NCBI GenBank assembly: GCA_051942205.1
Contig: JAVECO010000077.1
Coordinates: 62,001-102,772, forward strand
Direction: 5' to 3'
Source: Coniocarpon cinnabarinum
Lineage: Eukaryota
DNA: 40,772 bases
Each line of letters opens with the position of its first letter. Positions within the stretch are counted from its first letter, which is position 1. The position numbers and the translations under genes are program-made. The notes below the pieces were generated by a model. It saw nothing but the letters and a program-made list of their open reading frames with translations. It was not told where the DNA came from and ran no database searches. This document shows, piece by piece, positions 23,178-35,352 of this stretch.

Positions 23178-24085
23178 ATGGCTTCGAGACTAGCAGTGCG
23201 CGCTATCGGTGAGATTAGAGAGCATCTTCGTTCCCATGTGCTGAGAATGTACTAACGAACTTCAAAAGGCGCTGCACGCCCATGCGTTCGGCCTTCATTA
23301 CCCACAACAGCCTTCCGAACACTTCCCGCCGCACATACGTCCCTCCAACAACATCGCTTCCAGTCTAACACCCCTTCCGATCCCAAGACTACCGCACAGT
23401 CCATTGTCGACGCTCTGCCCGGTAACACTCCTGTCGCTAAAACTGCCATTCTTTCCGCTGGCGCGTCCCTTTCGGTTGTAGCGATCAGCAATGAGCTCTA
23501 TGTTGTCAACGAGGAATCCATCGTGCTCATATCACTTTTGAGCGTCTTCTGGGGCATTTACCATTATCTTGGTCCGGCGTATAGCCAATGGGCTGAAGGC
23601 TACATTGAGAAGATGCGAGGTATTTTGAACGGAGCTCGGGATGACCACAAGAAGGCGGTACAAGATCGCATTGATAGCGTGAGCGGCGTAGGCGAGGTCG
23701 TGCAAATCACCAAGGATCTGTTCGCCGTATCGAAGGTATACATGATCTTGATATTCAAGCGACACAGCATACACTAACACAAGTGCAAAGGAAACGGCTC
23801 AACTGGAGGCCCAAGCATTTGAGCTTGAGCAAAAGACGGCACTTGCTACCGAAGCGAAGAATACGCTTGACTCTTGGGTCCGATACGAAGGTCAACAGAA
23901 GCAACGTCAGCAGCAGGAGCTCGCGGCGAGCGTTATTGCAAAAGTGGAAAAGGAGCTGGAGAATCCACGGGTGCTGAAACAGATTTTGGACCAGAGCGTG
24001 GCTGACATTGAGCGTGAGTGGAATCGTCCAGATCTCATCGATCATCACTAACGCGATTGCAGGAATCGTCGCACAGAAGCAGTAA
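23178..24085 (+). CDS. ATP4: Mitochondrial F1Fo ATP synthase subunit b (subunit 4), ~247 aa
   Basis: Exons 23178-23208, 23269-23735, 23791-24013 and 24063-24085. Arg-rich presequence; motifs AQSIVDALPGN, AISNELYVVNEE, TKDLFAVSKETAQLEA and LDSWVRYE. Confidence 0.97.
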
Positions 24086-24456
24086 AAGGCGCGACGGGTG
24101 TGTACTACTTACATAGATGCCAACATGTTCTTTTTGTCGGATCTGCGTACAATAGGAATTGTACCACTCAATATTGTCTTGCCTGTACCACGATTCAGCG
24201 GCGATTCGATGTTTGTAAAGAATCAAGGCGCTATTGACGTCGCGAATTTGCTGAGATGAGATACAATCTATGCCTTAGAATTAAGGTTCTAATGTTCAAT
24301 TCTACAGAAATTGGACCTCCAATGTGCAAGTTTACACAAATCTCGAAACCCAAAAGAAGTTCAACTGGATCATCATGTACAAATTCTGTTCCTGCTGCAA
24401 ACCCTTGTGACCCCGCTGTAGCCTTCTGCCACCGCTCATTTCCGCGCGCAAAGCTC

Positions 24457-27400
24457 TCAAGTCACTGTGGTCAGCTGCTCGAACTGCTCTACCACTGTAT
24501 TGGTCGTGTAGACCAGGGTGCTCGTCAGAGTCGCCGGCGGGTACCTCCAAGAGGTAGGCAACTCGCTCGATACGGTCAAGAACATTGTAGACGTTGACTC
24601 GGGCATTGTCATCGTCTTTGTGACCGTGCTGCGTCGGCGCGTGCTTGTGACCAGCGTAGGAGGCACCGAGCTGGTGGTGTCGATGCTGGCTGCGACACTC
24701 GATGCCAGTGTGTCAGACCGGGACTTGGCGCTCTCAGTGGCCATGGATGGCTCTGCCGTCGCCCTCATGGTGGCAGAGTCAGGCTTCTGCGCGTGTGATG
24801 GTGCCGCCGACTGTTCGTTTGCCGGCGCAGCGCTCGCAGTGCCCCTGAATTTTTTATGATAGTCACTGTCAGTGCTATCATCGGACCCTGCGTTCTTGAT
24901 CTCGTCCCCCAGCTGGAATCGCACCTTTTTGATGCGCTGATCCAGCGGCGAAGATCGTGCACCCTCACCGACGTCCATCTTCAGCCAACGGTCCACGGCT
25001 GCTTGATCCATGATGTCGCGCGGCAGCCAATCTGGCGGGTCGAATCTTCCAGATTCGAGCTCGGCTTTGCGCTGTTGCTTCGCTTGATCCAGCGACTTTT
25101 GCAGCTCAGCTGTCCTGGCTTTGTACTCCGGGGCAGCACGCAGAGGAGATTTCGGCGGGATGGGCGGCGCTCGAAGCGGAGACTTTGGCGGAATTGGTGG
25201 TGGTCGCAGAGGTGACTTGGGCGGGATCCGCGATGGTACCTCGTCCAGCCATCGCTGCACCTCCACTGGATCGGTAATGTCCTTGGGCCCGTAATCTGGT
25301 GAGCTTGGAGGTTTGGGCTCTGCTGGCTCAGGTGCTATCTTAGGGGCAGACTCGGGCACAGCATCGAGCCATCGCTGCACCTCCGCTAGATCGGTGATAT
25401 CCTTGGGCAAGTCTGGAGTCGGGAGCTTTGAGCGGAGAACGTCCAGTTCACTGGGTTTCAAAGCGCTGGTAAGTGGTCTGACTGGCTCGAGCGCGTCGCT
25501 AAGGTCATGCGCAAAGTCCCGCTCGAGTTTCAACACTCTGTTGGCACTGCTTTGCGATGTTCGCAAAATCGATCCTGAAAGCTTGTGAAACGCACTGGTA
25601 AGTGATCGAAATCCGAATTTGAATCCGTGTCCGGCTTTGCTCGTGAACTGCTTGGTGAATTTGGGCACTTTGGTGGCGACCTTGTAGCCTGGCTCAACTA
25701 GCAGGGGCAGCGCGTCGCCGAGCTGATCCACGAAGTCAGGGACGTCCGGGTTTTTGACGACGCCCTTGGCGACGTCTGACGCTTTTTTCATGTCGTCCAT
25801 GAGGTCGCCCATTCCGACGTAGTTATCACCCAGCTTTCCAAAATCCTCAATCGCGTCCTGGAATGGTAGGTTGTTCTCCACGATTTTCCAGAAGTCGTAG
25901 AGCTCGGGATTCGACATGATCTCCTCAACGGACTGGTCGGCAACCTGCATGAGCTTGGACGGGTCATCCTCGTAGATGTGCTCTAGTACCAGCTTCATAT
26001 CCTCGAGGAACTGTAGCTTCAGATCGATGGCCTCCTGTGCGCGAACCATGGGGATACGGCCTGCTGCTAGCTCATCGAGGACGTAGCCCTTGGCCCACTC
26101 CGGATCAGCGAACTTGGTGTAGAACCGGAACTTCTGGGCGGAGAAGCGGGCGAGGATGTTGCCGACGTGGGAGGTTTGACCGGGCCTATACATGTTCCAG
26201 ATGTCGTTGACAAATTCTTTAGCCCCAAACGCGGCGAAGCTGCTACCAGCCACACCGCCCAAGAGTGCTTCGATGATGTGGAGCTTTCTTCTGTCGATTT
26301 CCGGAGTGCAGTGGGTCTCCATTTGAGGGTCAGAACGTCGTTGTAGAGCCGTTTCGCCGTTGTTCTGATCATCCACTGGCGTACAATTCGCGAGTGAATT
26401 GTACTCGTCAATCATCTGCTGCTGGTAGTACGTCTGACTGCACCTCTGGTTAGCAAGTCATCACTCTCACTTCTTCCCAAAAACACTTACACAGCAGCAG
26501 ACTGGTTCCAATCCCCCTCCAAACTCTGCATAATCTCCTCCCACTCCGTCTCATTGGCTTTGGCCTCCTGCATCAGCGCCTCCGCCTCCTCCTCACTGAC
26601 ATTGAGTTCGTGCACAGGCACCAACCCCGGCTCCGCCACCAGCATGTCCGCCAGCTCCTCGAGAGTCGGCGGGTTCTCAGCGACGTACTGCCGGAACCCG
26701 GCGCGCACCGTGTCGAAGTAGTCCTCGATTGCCCGGCTGATGTTTGAGCGCAGCGCCGGCGCCACGGGACGCGGCTGCATCAAATCCTGCTCCGTGAGGG
26801 GCTTGAGCGGCGTGGGGCCCGGATGCAGCCACACGCGCTGCATGTTCTTCCAGGCGAGCTCGAGCTGCGCGCGGGTCGGTGGTGTTGGGCTGGCGTCCGG
26901 CCAGAAGGACGGCGACGCGGGCGGTGGCACCGATGAGGAGGGCGACGGCGTGGGTTCCGTTGCTGCACTGAGGCTTTGCCCCAGCACGGGAGACGGCGCC
27001 TCCGTTGGCGCAACGGGAGAAGACACGACCGGAGACAAACTGGAACTCACCGCGGGAAACGGCAGCGCCATTGCTGTGCTGGAGGAAAGCTCCAGCACAG
27101 ACGAGCTCGCCTCTGTAGGCGCAGCAGAAGACTCGCCCGAACCCACCGAAACCGAAGAACTCACCACAGAACTCACCACATCCTCCACGACTGACGAAAG
27201 GGGAGGTGCTACCTCCCAATTCAACCGCGCCAGAGCCGCCGACGCCTCCGCCACATCCGTAAACACCACATTCCATGGTGCATTGGCTGTTGTCGTTGCA
27301 TCAAACGACGATGCAACGGGCGCGGCGGCTTCTGCGCGCCGAGAGAAGAGAGCACCAGCCGAGGTGATGGGCAGTGTTGGCTGCCTCAGGTGCACCAGCG

Positions 27401-27846
27401 TGTTGTTGCTGGTGCTGGTGCTGGTGCTGTAGGTCGCGGAGTAGGGCTCCCCGATTGGCCCTGCGTAATCGAGCCTGGCGGTGGTGGAGGGGGTGGGCGT
27501 TTGCCCATTTAGTATTGTCTATGATATTTTGGTTAGTATTGAGCTGCTGTGAGAGGAAATGCTGGGGATGAGGAGAGAGATGTTGCTTTGATATGACAAT
27601 GTGAAGTGAGGTTAGTAACATGAGAGGCTGGTAGATGGTATGCTGATTGTCTTGTGGATGAATCATAACATGGCTTCTGAGCAGTGAGACATCACACTCT
27701 CTTGACAGCTTGATATGATAAAAAAGTGAACAAAAGAAAGAAAAGAAAGTATAGCAAGGGTAGCAAGGCTTGAGATGACTTACGGTGGGTGACAGCACAC
27801 TCAGTGCCGTAAGGCCAGCAGCCAACAAAGGTGAAAAGGCAGGCAT
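24457..27846 (-). CDS. Orphan ~1023-aa predicted secreted or membrane protein with S/T-rich regions and internal repeats
   Basis: Exons 27846-27784 (signal peptide MPAFSPLLAAGLTALSVLSPT), 27518-26491 and 26437-24457, joined in frame by GTAAGT..CTAAC..YAG introns. Confidence 0.7.
25247..25408. repeat. Direct repeat, two ~42-bp copies 120 bp apart, encoding PKDITD.xEVQRWL
   Basis: agccatcgctgcacctcc(a/g)ct(g/a)gatcggt(a/g)at(g/a)tccttgggc at 25247-25288 and 25367-25408. Confidence 0.85.
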
Positions 27847-28098
27847 TGTAGTATCAGAAGAGCAGAGTCAATACTATTAGACCTGGGAAGTACTGTAGAG
27901 TGAAGAAGCAGTAATAGAGCAAGAGGGCAAGGAAAAAGAATATATATCCTTTGGCGCTCGGGCAGCGCGCGCAGACAGCGCAACGCTACTCAACAAATAC
28001 GCATAGCAAAAACGGAAAAGGCAAAATGCCGGTGCTCTGACGCGAAAAAATGGTGAGATCTCAATTTTGAATGTGCTCTGACTACCCCAGTGGCAAAT

Positions 28099-29080
28099 CT
28101 ACGCCTCACTCTGTGTACTCGTCATTCCCCGTCGACGATCCCGCTTGTTGGGCCGTGGCAATTCCTCGTCATTATTGAATACCTCCACTTCTTTATCGTT
28201 GAAGTCTTGGCCAATATTCACGGTTTCGTATTCCAGTCCTTTGACAATTCTGAAGAAGACCACTGCGAGCAGTGCACCCAGCAATGGCCCAATCCAATAA
28301 ATCCAGTGGTGACCGGGGAACTCACCGTAGACTGCGGCGGGCCCAAAGGAGCGTGCGGGATTAAGCGAGGCGCCGGTGTAGTATACGCCTACTAGATGTG
28401 CGATGAAGAGTGCTAGTCCGATGCCGATGGGCGCGAGGTATGTTGCCTTTGATTTTTCGATGGCGAGCATGAAGATTGTGAAGATGAGTTCGGCCGTGAG
28501 GAACATCTCGATGAAGAAACCGCGGGCGACGGATGTGCCGTGAGAGAGGTGTGTACCGACAGGCATTGGTCCTTGGAAGAGTCCACCTACAAGTGCCGCA
28601 GCCGCAATGGCTCCCACGATTTGAGCCACGAAGATAACGACGCCGCGGATCCAGGTGAGCGCGCCAATGAGACACAGACCAAACGTGACCTGGAACTAAT
28701 CAGCACCGCTGCAAAGATTCTTGCAGAAAAGCTTGGGCACGCACAGCAGGGTTAAAAACACCACCCGTGATCCGAAAGAATATCCAAGCATTCACAACCA
28801 ACGAAAACCCAAAGGCCAGAGAGATATACAGCAACACAGCCGTGGAACTAATATCAGGGACCGTATTCGCGACTTGGGCGCCGCCGAATGCGAAAAACAG
28901 AAACATGAATGTTCCCACGAACTCGCCCACGAAAGCGACAAGATGTTTGCGGAATCCATCGGGGATGTGGTTCAAGGCCCCGAGGCGGCTGTTTTCGTGG
29001 TATTCGGCCTCTGTGCGGGGTTGGACCTTGGTATCTCGACCGGGGAGGGCGATGTGGCCTGTTGGGCGGTTGATGTTCAT
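28099..29080 (-). CDS. Aquaporin (MIP family, orthodox fungal water channel), ~308 aa
   Basis: Exons 29080-28745 and 28689-28099. Motifs GEFVGTFMFLFFAFGG, GGVFNPAVT, YTGASLNPARSFGP and HWIYWIGPLLGA. Confidence 0.95.
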
Positions 29081-29399
29081 TTTGGCTAGGAATGTAGGTT
29101 CTGAGGTTTGACGAGGTTAATGTAAGCACGAGGAATACTGATGTGATTGCTAGGTTTGATACTCGGTCGCTGTATCGGTCGGTGTTGTTGCTGGTGCGCT
29201 GAGCATCACGTAGGCAGGCGCAATCCGCCAAAAGGCAGGTGCGACTCACATTGCTAAAGGTAGCACCAATTCATGGATCCGTGAGCCCTGTCTCTTCTGA
29301 ACGTCAAGCCAAACAAAACGCAAGGTAGGTTCCGCGCAGTCGTTCGCTTGCCTGCTTGCTTAGCATGATACATCTTTCAGCGCTTGGTAAACAACATTG

Positions 29400-30063
29400 C
29401 CCGAGCATCACTACTAATAACCGTGATCAGTACCGGCATAAATCAGAAGCAGACTGGATCTTTTGCAGAGACAGCTTTGTAAGCAGGTCTCAGTTCAGAG
29501 ATCATCTCATTCGGCAAAGACCTTAAGCTCAATCTTTACCTCATTTCGGCGAGTGAAAAAGATATTCATCATACAACGTAGTGGAAAGGTATGTAAAAAA
29601 GATCACTGACCATCCTATTGATTCATTCTCCGTTCTCCTTACGAGCAATTGCTTTACTTTAAAACGTGAGTCGACAGCGTTGCAAGAGAAAGAAATTTTG
29701 GAATATGTACTCGAGCATATATACAACAATGAAAGTAACGGACTGAAGAAAGTGTGCCGTTTCGAGTGGCAAGGACACGGCATACCTAGATGTTCATTGA
29801 CTGGGGCAGAATGCTCTCACGAACTCCAATGTAAAGCCTACTCCGTTGTTTTGACCCTCTTATTACAAGATGACTCACCTCACCGGTTTTCCATACTCCG
29901 GTACTCCGAGGACTTGCGCTTGCTTGGCGAATGTCACGATGCTCTGGGCCAAGCATTTGCTAGAGCATCTGAGTGACACAGTGCGTTCAGTATAGTCAAT
30001 GTTAACCTGTATCAAACAGGCAACGTCAGTCCCTACGAGGAAGATGGCAAGCAGCAGTCTTGA
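29400..30063 (+). pseudogene. Possible decayed coding remnant
   Basis: One frame runs through ORF 29581-29976 and both flanks with isolated TAA/TGA stops. It includes a degenerate C2H2-like string WIFCRDSFVSRSQFRDHLIRQ. Confidence 0.25.
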
Positions 30064-30674
30064 CTCACAGGCCGACTGACTACAGCAAGAAGCGGAGGCT
30101 GCGAGCTACACAGTCATAATTAGGAGGGATAGTGAAAACATCCCGTTGGTGAATCGCTTTTGCTCCAGTCAGTCGAGGGTGTCATTCAATGCAAGTGATG
30201 TTCAGCAGCTGTCTTGGTCAAGGAGTAAGCTTCAAGACCCACAGCAATGTCTAGCGAAAGCACACTACGAGCTATCTGGTTGGTAAAAACACTCAAAGAG
30301 CTCAGTCAGGAAACAAATGAGGGAGATCGCTAGAAGTACGAAGGACTCCAAAGGTTTACGTTCTGATGAAGTCGGCACCGAATTGAACACAACCGGAATG
30401 CTGCATTAGTCCACTGGCGCCGTGCAAAAATAGAACCCTCAGAGTTTTGAAAGTTAGTCAAGCGCTCAAGGCTTTCAAAAAGTAATCTCCACAAATAGTG
30501 AGGTCCGCGTTCAGGAGCTTTGTCGGGTATCGAAAAATCGGAGCTATCCATACAACCGTCCAAATTCGTTTAGTCATTGTTTTCATCCTCCAGAACATTC
30601 ACTCGTCACTGACATCTTGTGTAATCTCCCTGTAAAGAAGAGCGAAGAAGTGGAAAACCTAGCTTCGATCTGAA

Positions 30675-32303
30675 TCAACCACGCCTGCTTCGGGCGTCAC
30701 GCTCCAGATCGAGATCGTCTATCTCTTCGTGCCGCAGTATGAGGGGAAGCGCTGCCGATGGTGATCTATTGATTGTCTCAGCCGCTTCCGTCTGAACATC
30801 TGCTTCCGACGCTGCTTCGCTTGACCGTGACGGCGGCGTACGAGACTCATCTCCGCCAAGAGAACGCACCACGTCACCTTTGCAGATTGGGCAAGTTCGG
30901 CGTTTTGTGGTGAGCCAAGGCGTAACACAGTCGGCATGGAAGTCATGACCACAGGGAAGGCTCATGACCCGGCTGACACCATCTTCGTACTCCTCTAGAC
31001 ACACCGCGCATTCAATCTGTTTTTGATTGTATTTCGGTCTTGGCTGTGCAATCTCCTGCGCTGGCTTTTCTTGAAGTGCGGTGGCTGTTTGCATACTTCC
31101 GTAACTCGAACTCGGCAAGCCTTGCTCGAGATCTTCATTTCCCCCCTCCCGCCCATCACGTTGTCCAATAAGTAGAGGTGTTGTTGCGGAAGGTGAGTGG
31201 TGACCCGTCGGTGTTGCAGATGCGTGGGTACTTGTCCGACTCGACACTGCACGATAGATGCGGACTGGCAGACGATCCACAATAGACTTGGGCGCACGCC
31301 ATCTGCGTCTTCGGATGCGAGCTCGCACGAAGAGCATGGTGTAGACAATCGCCAGTGTCAGAAGTGGACTGACAACAAGGACGAACAACGTGTGGAAGAA
31401 TGGCCCCACACCGCCAGTGGCCAGACTCAACGTCACCCAAAGACCTGTGTGAGGTTCAGATACGTTCCGCAAGTGGTCCACAGTGGAGTCTGCTGGCTGC
31501 GTTCCTTCCGATGAAGCGACGTCTGAGCCTTGCGGTACAAGCGAGGCTAGGAGATGTGCTGTCATGTGTGAGGTGAACAGCGAGGGAATGGTGACATTGC
31601 TCGTGTCTCCCTTGGCATACATAGTAACCAATGGGCCACCACTGAGGTTGTCGCCCACGATCACAGCTTTGGCGCCTCTTCTCTGGGCCCAGAGGACCTT
31701 CTCTGCGAATCCGCAGCCTCCACGTGAGAGGAGCGCAATTTTGCCTTGAATGTCGGCCGAGGAATGGTTGTTGGCCGCTGCCGACATTGAGCTACCCTCG
31801 CGACCAGATTTAAGCTGGTCAATCGCGTCATCTTGAGCTGCTTCTGACCGCCCTTGGATATCTCCAGGGCCTTTTAGAACGCCGTTGTCCCTTCCTTGGC
31901 TGGGTAGGGGCTGCTCATCAACATTCTCCCATCCGATCACGTCACCACATCCCAGCTCACCACTATCAGCACTGCTCAGCCCCCCACGCATATCATCTTC
32001 ATCAGCAAAGCTGTGACCCGCCCAGACCGGGCCACTCAATCCGGGACGGGGTAGCGGAGGGCCAAATGCTGCCGGTCGCGCATTGAAGAAAGTACTATTA
32101 TCGTCGGTGAGGCTGATCACAGCTGCAGGCGCAAACAACGACGATGGTCCGTGGAGCGAGAAGAGAGATCTAAAGGGACTTGGCGAATTGTTCTCACGAT
32201 CCTTCTCGGCGAATTGGTCGTCCTCAATCGGAGCGCTGAGAAGGCACAGAACACAGATGAGGATGAGACAGGTCAAGAATGGGGCAAACGATCGGAGTGG
32301 CAT
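30675..32303 (-). CDS. PA-domain, transmembrane, RING-H2 E3 ubiquitin ligase (RNF13/GRAIL-like), 542 aa
   Basis: Signal/anchor; PA domain IALLSRGGCGFAEKVLWAQRRGAKAVIVGDN; TM helix followed by RARIRRRRWRAP; RING-H2 CAVCLEEY..LPCGHDFHADCVTPWL..CPICK. Confidence 0.93.
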   Translation of the reverse strand: MPLRSFAPFLTCLILICVLCLLSAPIEDDQFAEKDRENNSPSPFRSLFSLHGPSSLFAPAAVISLTDDNSTFFNARPAAFGPPLPRPGLSGPVWAGHSFADEDDMRGGLSSADSGELGCGDVIGWENVDEQPLPSQGRDNGVLKGPGDIQGRSEAAQDDAIDQLKSGREGSSMSAAANNHSSADIQGKIALLSRGGCGFAEKVLWAQRRGAKAVIVGDNLSGGPLVTMYAKGDTSNVTIPSLFTSHMTAHLLASLVPQGSDVASSEGTQPADSTVDHLRNVSEPHTGLWVTLSLATGGVGPFFHTLFVLVVSPLLTLAIVYTMLFVRARIRRRRWRAPKSIVDRLPVRIYRAVSSRTSTHASATPTGHHSPSATTPLLIGQRDGREGGNEDLEQGLPSSSYGSMQTATALQEKPAQEIAQPRPKYNQKQIECAVCLEEYEDGVSRVMSLPCGHDFHADCVTPWLTTKRRTCPICKGDVVRSLGGDESRTPPSRSSEAASEADVQTEAAETINRSPSAALPLILRHEEIDDLDLERDARSRRG

Positions 32304-32814
32304 GTTGCCAGTGGGTGAGTAGGAAGAGGAAGGATCAGGACTTCAAACATTGCCCAGCATGATGAGGCCGACGAAGGTCAGAAGATATAGAGGCTGTACC
32401 AGAGAAATATGGATGGGAGGCGAAGGATGAGAGGCAGGGAGAAGAAAGGTCGCACGGCGTGATCAGTGCACATGGTCAAGTGCCAGTCAATGCTCCAGTC
32501 TGTGGTGGCGTCTGAGCACTCGGCACTGCCATCATCGAGGGGTCATATATCGGTTCCTTCCTCGATATACCGATATATCGATATTCACATGTCAATCGGC
32601 CCGGGCAGCACGTGCGTGGCTGAGTGCATACATCCCATCTCAGTCTATCATGCTGGCCTATGTGGATATCTAAGCACGGGCATCTACTTCTGCCTCTTAA
32701 TAGTGGCTCTGCCTAATGCTCTATACAGCCCTCAACTTCACTCTGCCATCGCTGCATTGATCCTTAGGTAGAGGGCCACTTGTTCGACCCACACAAGGCA
32801 TTCGAGCAGTGAAC

Positions 32815-33815
32815 ATGGCCGACAAAGTAAAGCATATCGCTAGGGATGAAGTGGATCGTGTCGCAGCAATCACTCGGGATGCAGCCGTTTCAAGAGCCTA
32901 CCTGTATCCCATCAAGGTATTTTCACTGGAGCGCAGCCACATGTCATCCAATGCACTCTAACCTTAACCATTATCCATAGGGCGTTGCGTACTACATGAG
33001 CCACCGCAGTCTATGGCAACCAATGTTGTCGCGACTAGGTCCCACTCTGGGCGTGGGCCTTGGTGTTGTGTCGTCAATGTTCTTCTTCACATACCTGCCC
33101 CAAGTGGCTATGTTAGCTTTCGTGGAGGGACCAATGGCTCCCATTTCTGCAATACCACTCGTATTGAGTGAAAGCTCAACACTCTTCAATGTCATTAGTC
33201 GCACCTTTTTGATTGAAGATGCACTCATCGACACGTTTGACGGGACCTTGGTCGCACGTGATCTGTCACCTCTTGTGGCCGAGGGACGACAACTAAAGAC
33301 AGGCCAGGACCCAATTGGAAAGCTCGGCAAGAGTATGTTGGTCTAATAGCAATTCCAAAGGCTTAAGCTGACCTGACATTCTCTTTTAAGTGATCAAGAA
33401 ACCTTTTGCACGCTTCACGCCAACAGCCATTGTCCGCTACTTGATGTATCTACCACTAAATTTCATACCTGTGGTCGGCACGTTACTGTTCATCATTGCT
33501 CAAGGTCGCCGCAATGGGCCGTCCGCGCATGCCAGGTACTTTCAACTGAAAGGTTTGTCCGGTCGTCGGAAAGACGAATGGATAGACAAGCGCCGTGGAG
33601 CTTACACAAGGTAATACATTGTCAGGCTTGCTGCTGAATGTGCTAACGATTCTGACAGCTTTGGCGTTATTGCTAATCTACTTGAGCTCATCCCCATTGC
33701 GGGCATCTTTTTCGCCTTCACCAATCAAGTTGCTGCGGCTCTTTGGGCAGCAGATATTGAGGAGCGACAACATACAAACACCCAAGGAGAGGTGTCGGCC
33801 GTCAACAGCGATTGA
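32815..33815 (+). CDS. EI24-domain multi-pass membrane protein (Rrt8/Lds-like), ~276 aa
   Basis: Exons 32815-32916, 32981-33332, 33391-33610 and 33659-33815. Motifs AYLYPIKG, LVLSESS, DTFDGTL, LPLNFIPVVG, HARYFQLKG and FFAFTNQVAAALWAADIE. Confidence 0.85.
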
Positions 33816-33947
33816 GACAGTATTCTTCAATCCCAGTCTATTATTCCAGTGTGTCTATCACCGCCTCTGGCCGCATCGCAGAGACATCTTAATCGCTAGC
33901 GCCACAGTCTCGAGGTCCTATGATCTCGAGAAGCGCAAGGTGAGCAG

Positions 33948-34298
33948 TTAGGTGCCTGCTTCAAGATCTCTCTCACCGCCATCCTTCAGGCGGTACGTGT
34001 ATTCTCCTTCGCCAGTCTGCTCCTCGACAAGATTTTCGCCGGATCCATTGCTGCTCCAGAGGTATGCTTGACCGTACAAGCTGAGAGCGGATTCGTAATT
34101 CATTGAAGTATTACTTCCTGGCGAAGCCTGCGCATGCTCCGGGAATCGATTGGTAGATGGAGTTGGAGTGGTGGCTGATCCGGGCGTGTCTTTGCAAAGG
34201 CTTTGCGGGGAGATGAGGAAGACAGGCTGTCCAAGAAAGTGTTGGCTCAAGGCGAGCTCGATTGTCGACTCCTTGAAGCAGGTTGGCTTCGAATCCAT
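33948..34298 (-). CDS. Hypothetical protein or gene remnant, 116 aa
   Basis: ATG-initiated ORF ending ..RDLEAGT. No family recognised. Confidence 0.2.
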   Translation of the reverse strand: MDSKPTCFKESTIELALSQHFLGQPVFLISPQSLCKDTPGSATTPTPSTNRFPEHAQASPGSNTSMNYESALSLYGQAYLWSSNGSGENLVEEQTGEGEYTYRLKDGGERDLEAGT

Positions 34299-35352
34299 GC
34301 CGGACCTGACTGCCAGGACCCGAACCCCAAGATTAAATTATAGGAGTATTTTCTGAACTAAAAGCAGGGTATTGCTTCCAGGTAAACCGTTATTAGGAGG
34401 GAATGATGTACTGTATGTGCAATGTCCACAGCTCTTAGTCCCGAATCGCGAATACAAGAACCTCCTGAAAATGCATCACCAGTGGTTTACTCCTTCATGA
34501 TCACCACTACAACGTCGGACAGCACACAACTTCGAAAGATTGCCTATGAATCCATTCTTTATCAAACCTCATCATTCACCATAACACTGCCAAGCTTCGT
34601 TTGCGACGAATGTCACAGCGCCCTGTCGCAAACAGTCAAGAGTCGAATCGGCATTGTCTAGGGTCTGACACGTGAATGCAAGGGGCGCCTGTTGACCTTC
34701 AGCATGATGCCAGCATGGAACCTTTCATGCTAGTTCTTGCCGCACGTCTATTGAAAGCTATATGAAACACCTTACCTACCTACCATCCGAGACCGACGTC
34801 ACCCTACTGCAAGGCACACCGAACGCATCAAAGCACAGACCATATTTTCCTCCCAAAGAAGCCAAGCGTCCGAGATCGTACCGCTGCCTCGGACGCAGCT
34901 AAGATCGAGCTTCCCACTTCCCCCGATCGATTGACTTGCAATGCGCACCACTCAGATCTCGTCTTGACGCGTGATTGACACGCTCATGCGTCACTCCACC
35001 TCTTCCCGGTTGATGAGCCGCTGGTGAGGGACCTCCTCCCGTGCAGCCTACGCGCCGTGCTCTGTAAGATTGCTCCTGCGTCATTGACTTCTGTAGCGTC
35101 ACCGCGTCACTTTGTGTCCAAGCTGCGATGCTTGCAATTGAGGTGGCTGGGTGTTGGACTTCTTAAGACTGGCCTTGCCGTTCCTTTTTTTGCTTGTGAA
35201 TGGTAATTAAGCCTGTTACTCATCGCCTTACTCTGCGTAGACACCTTCCTCTGCTCGCATTCACCCGTCTTCATCCTACACGTGTCTCAAGATCTCCAAT
35301 CGTACCTGTAGATCTCCTGAATAGAGCCCTCTGTAACACCACCGTTTCCAAC

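Noticed and set aside
26677..27432. Overlapping 199-aa and 230-aa ORFs
   Set aside because: GC-rich alternative or antisense frames of the secreted orphan gene's exon 2.
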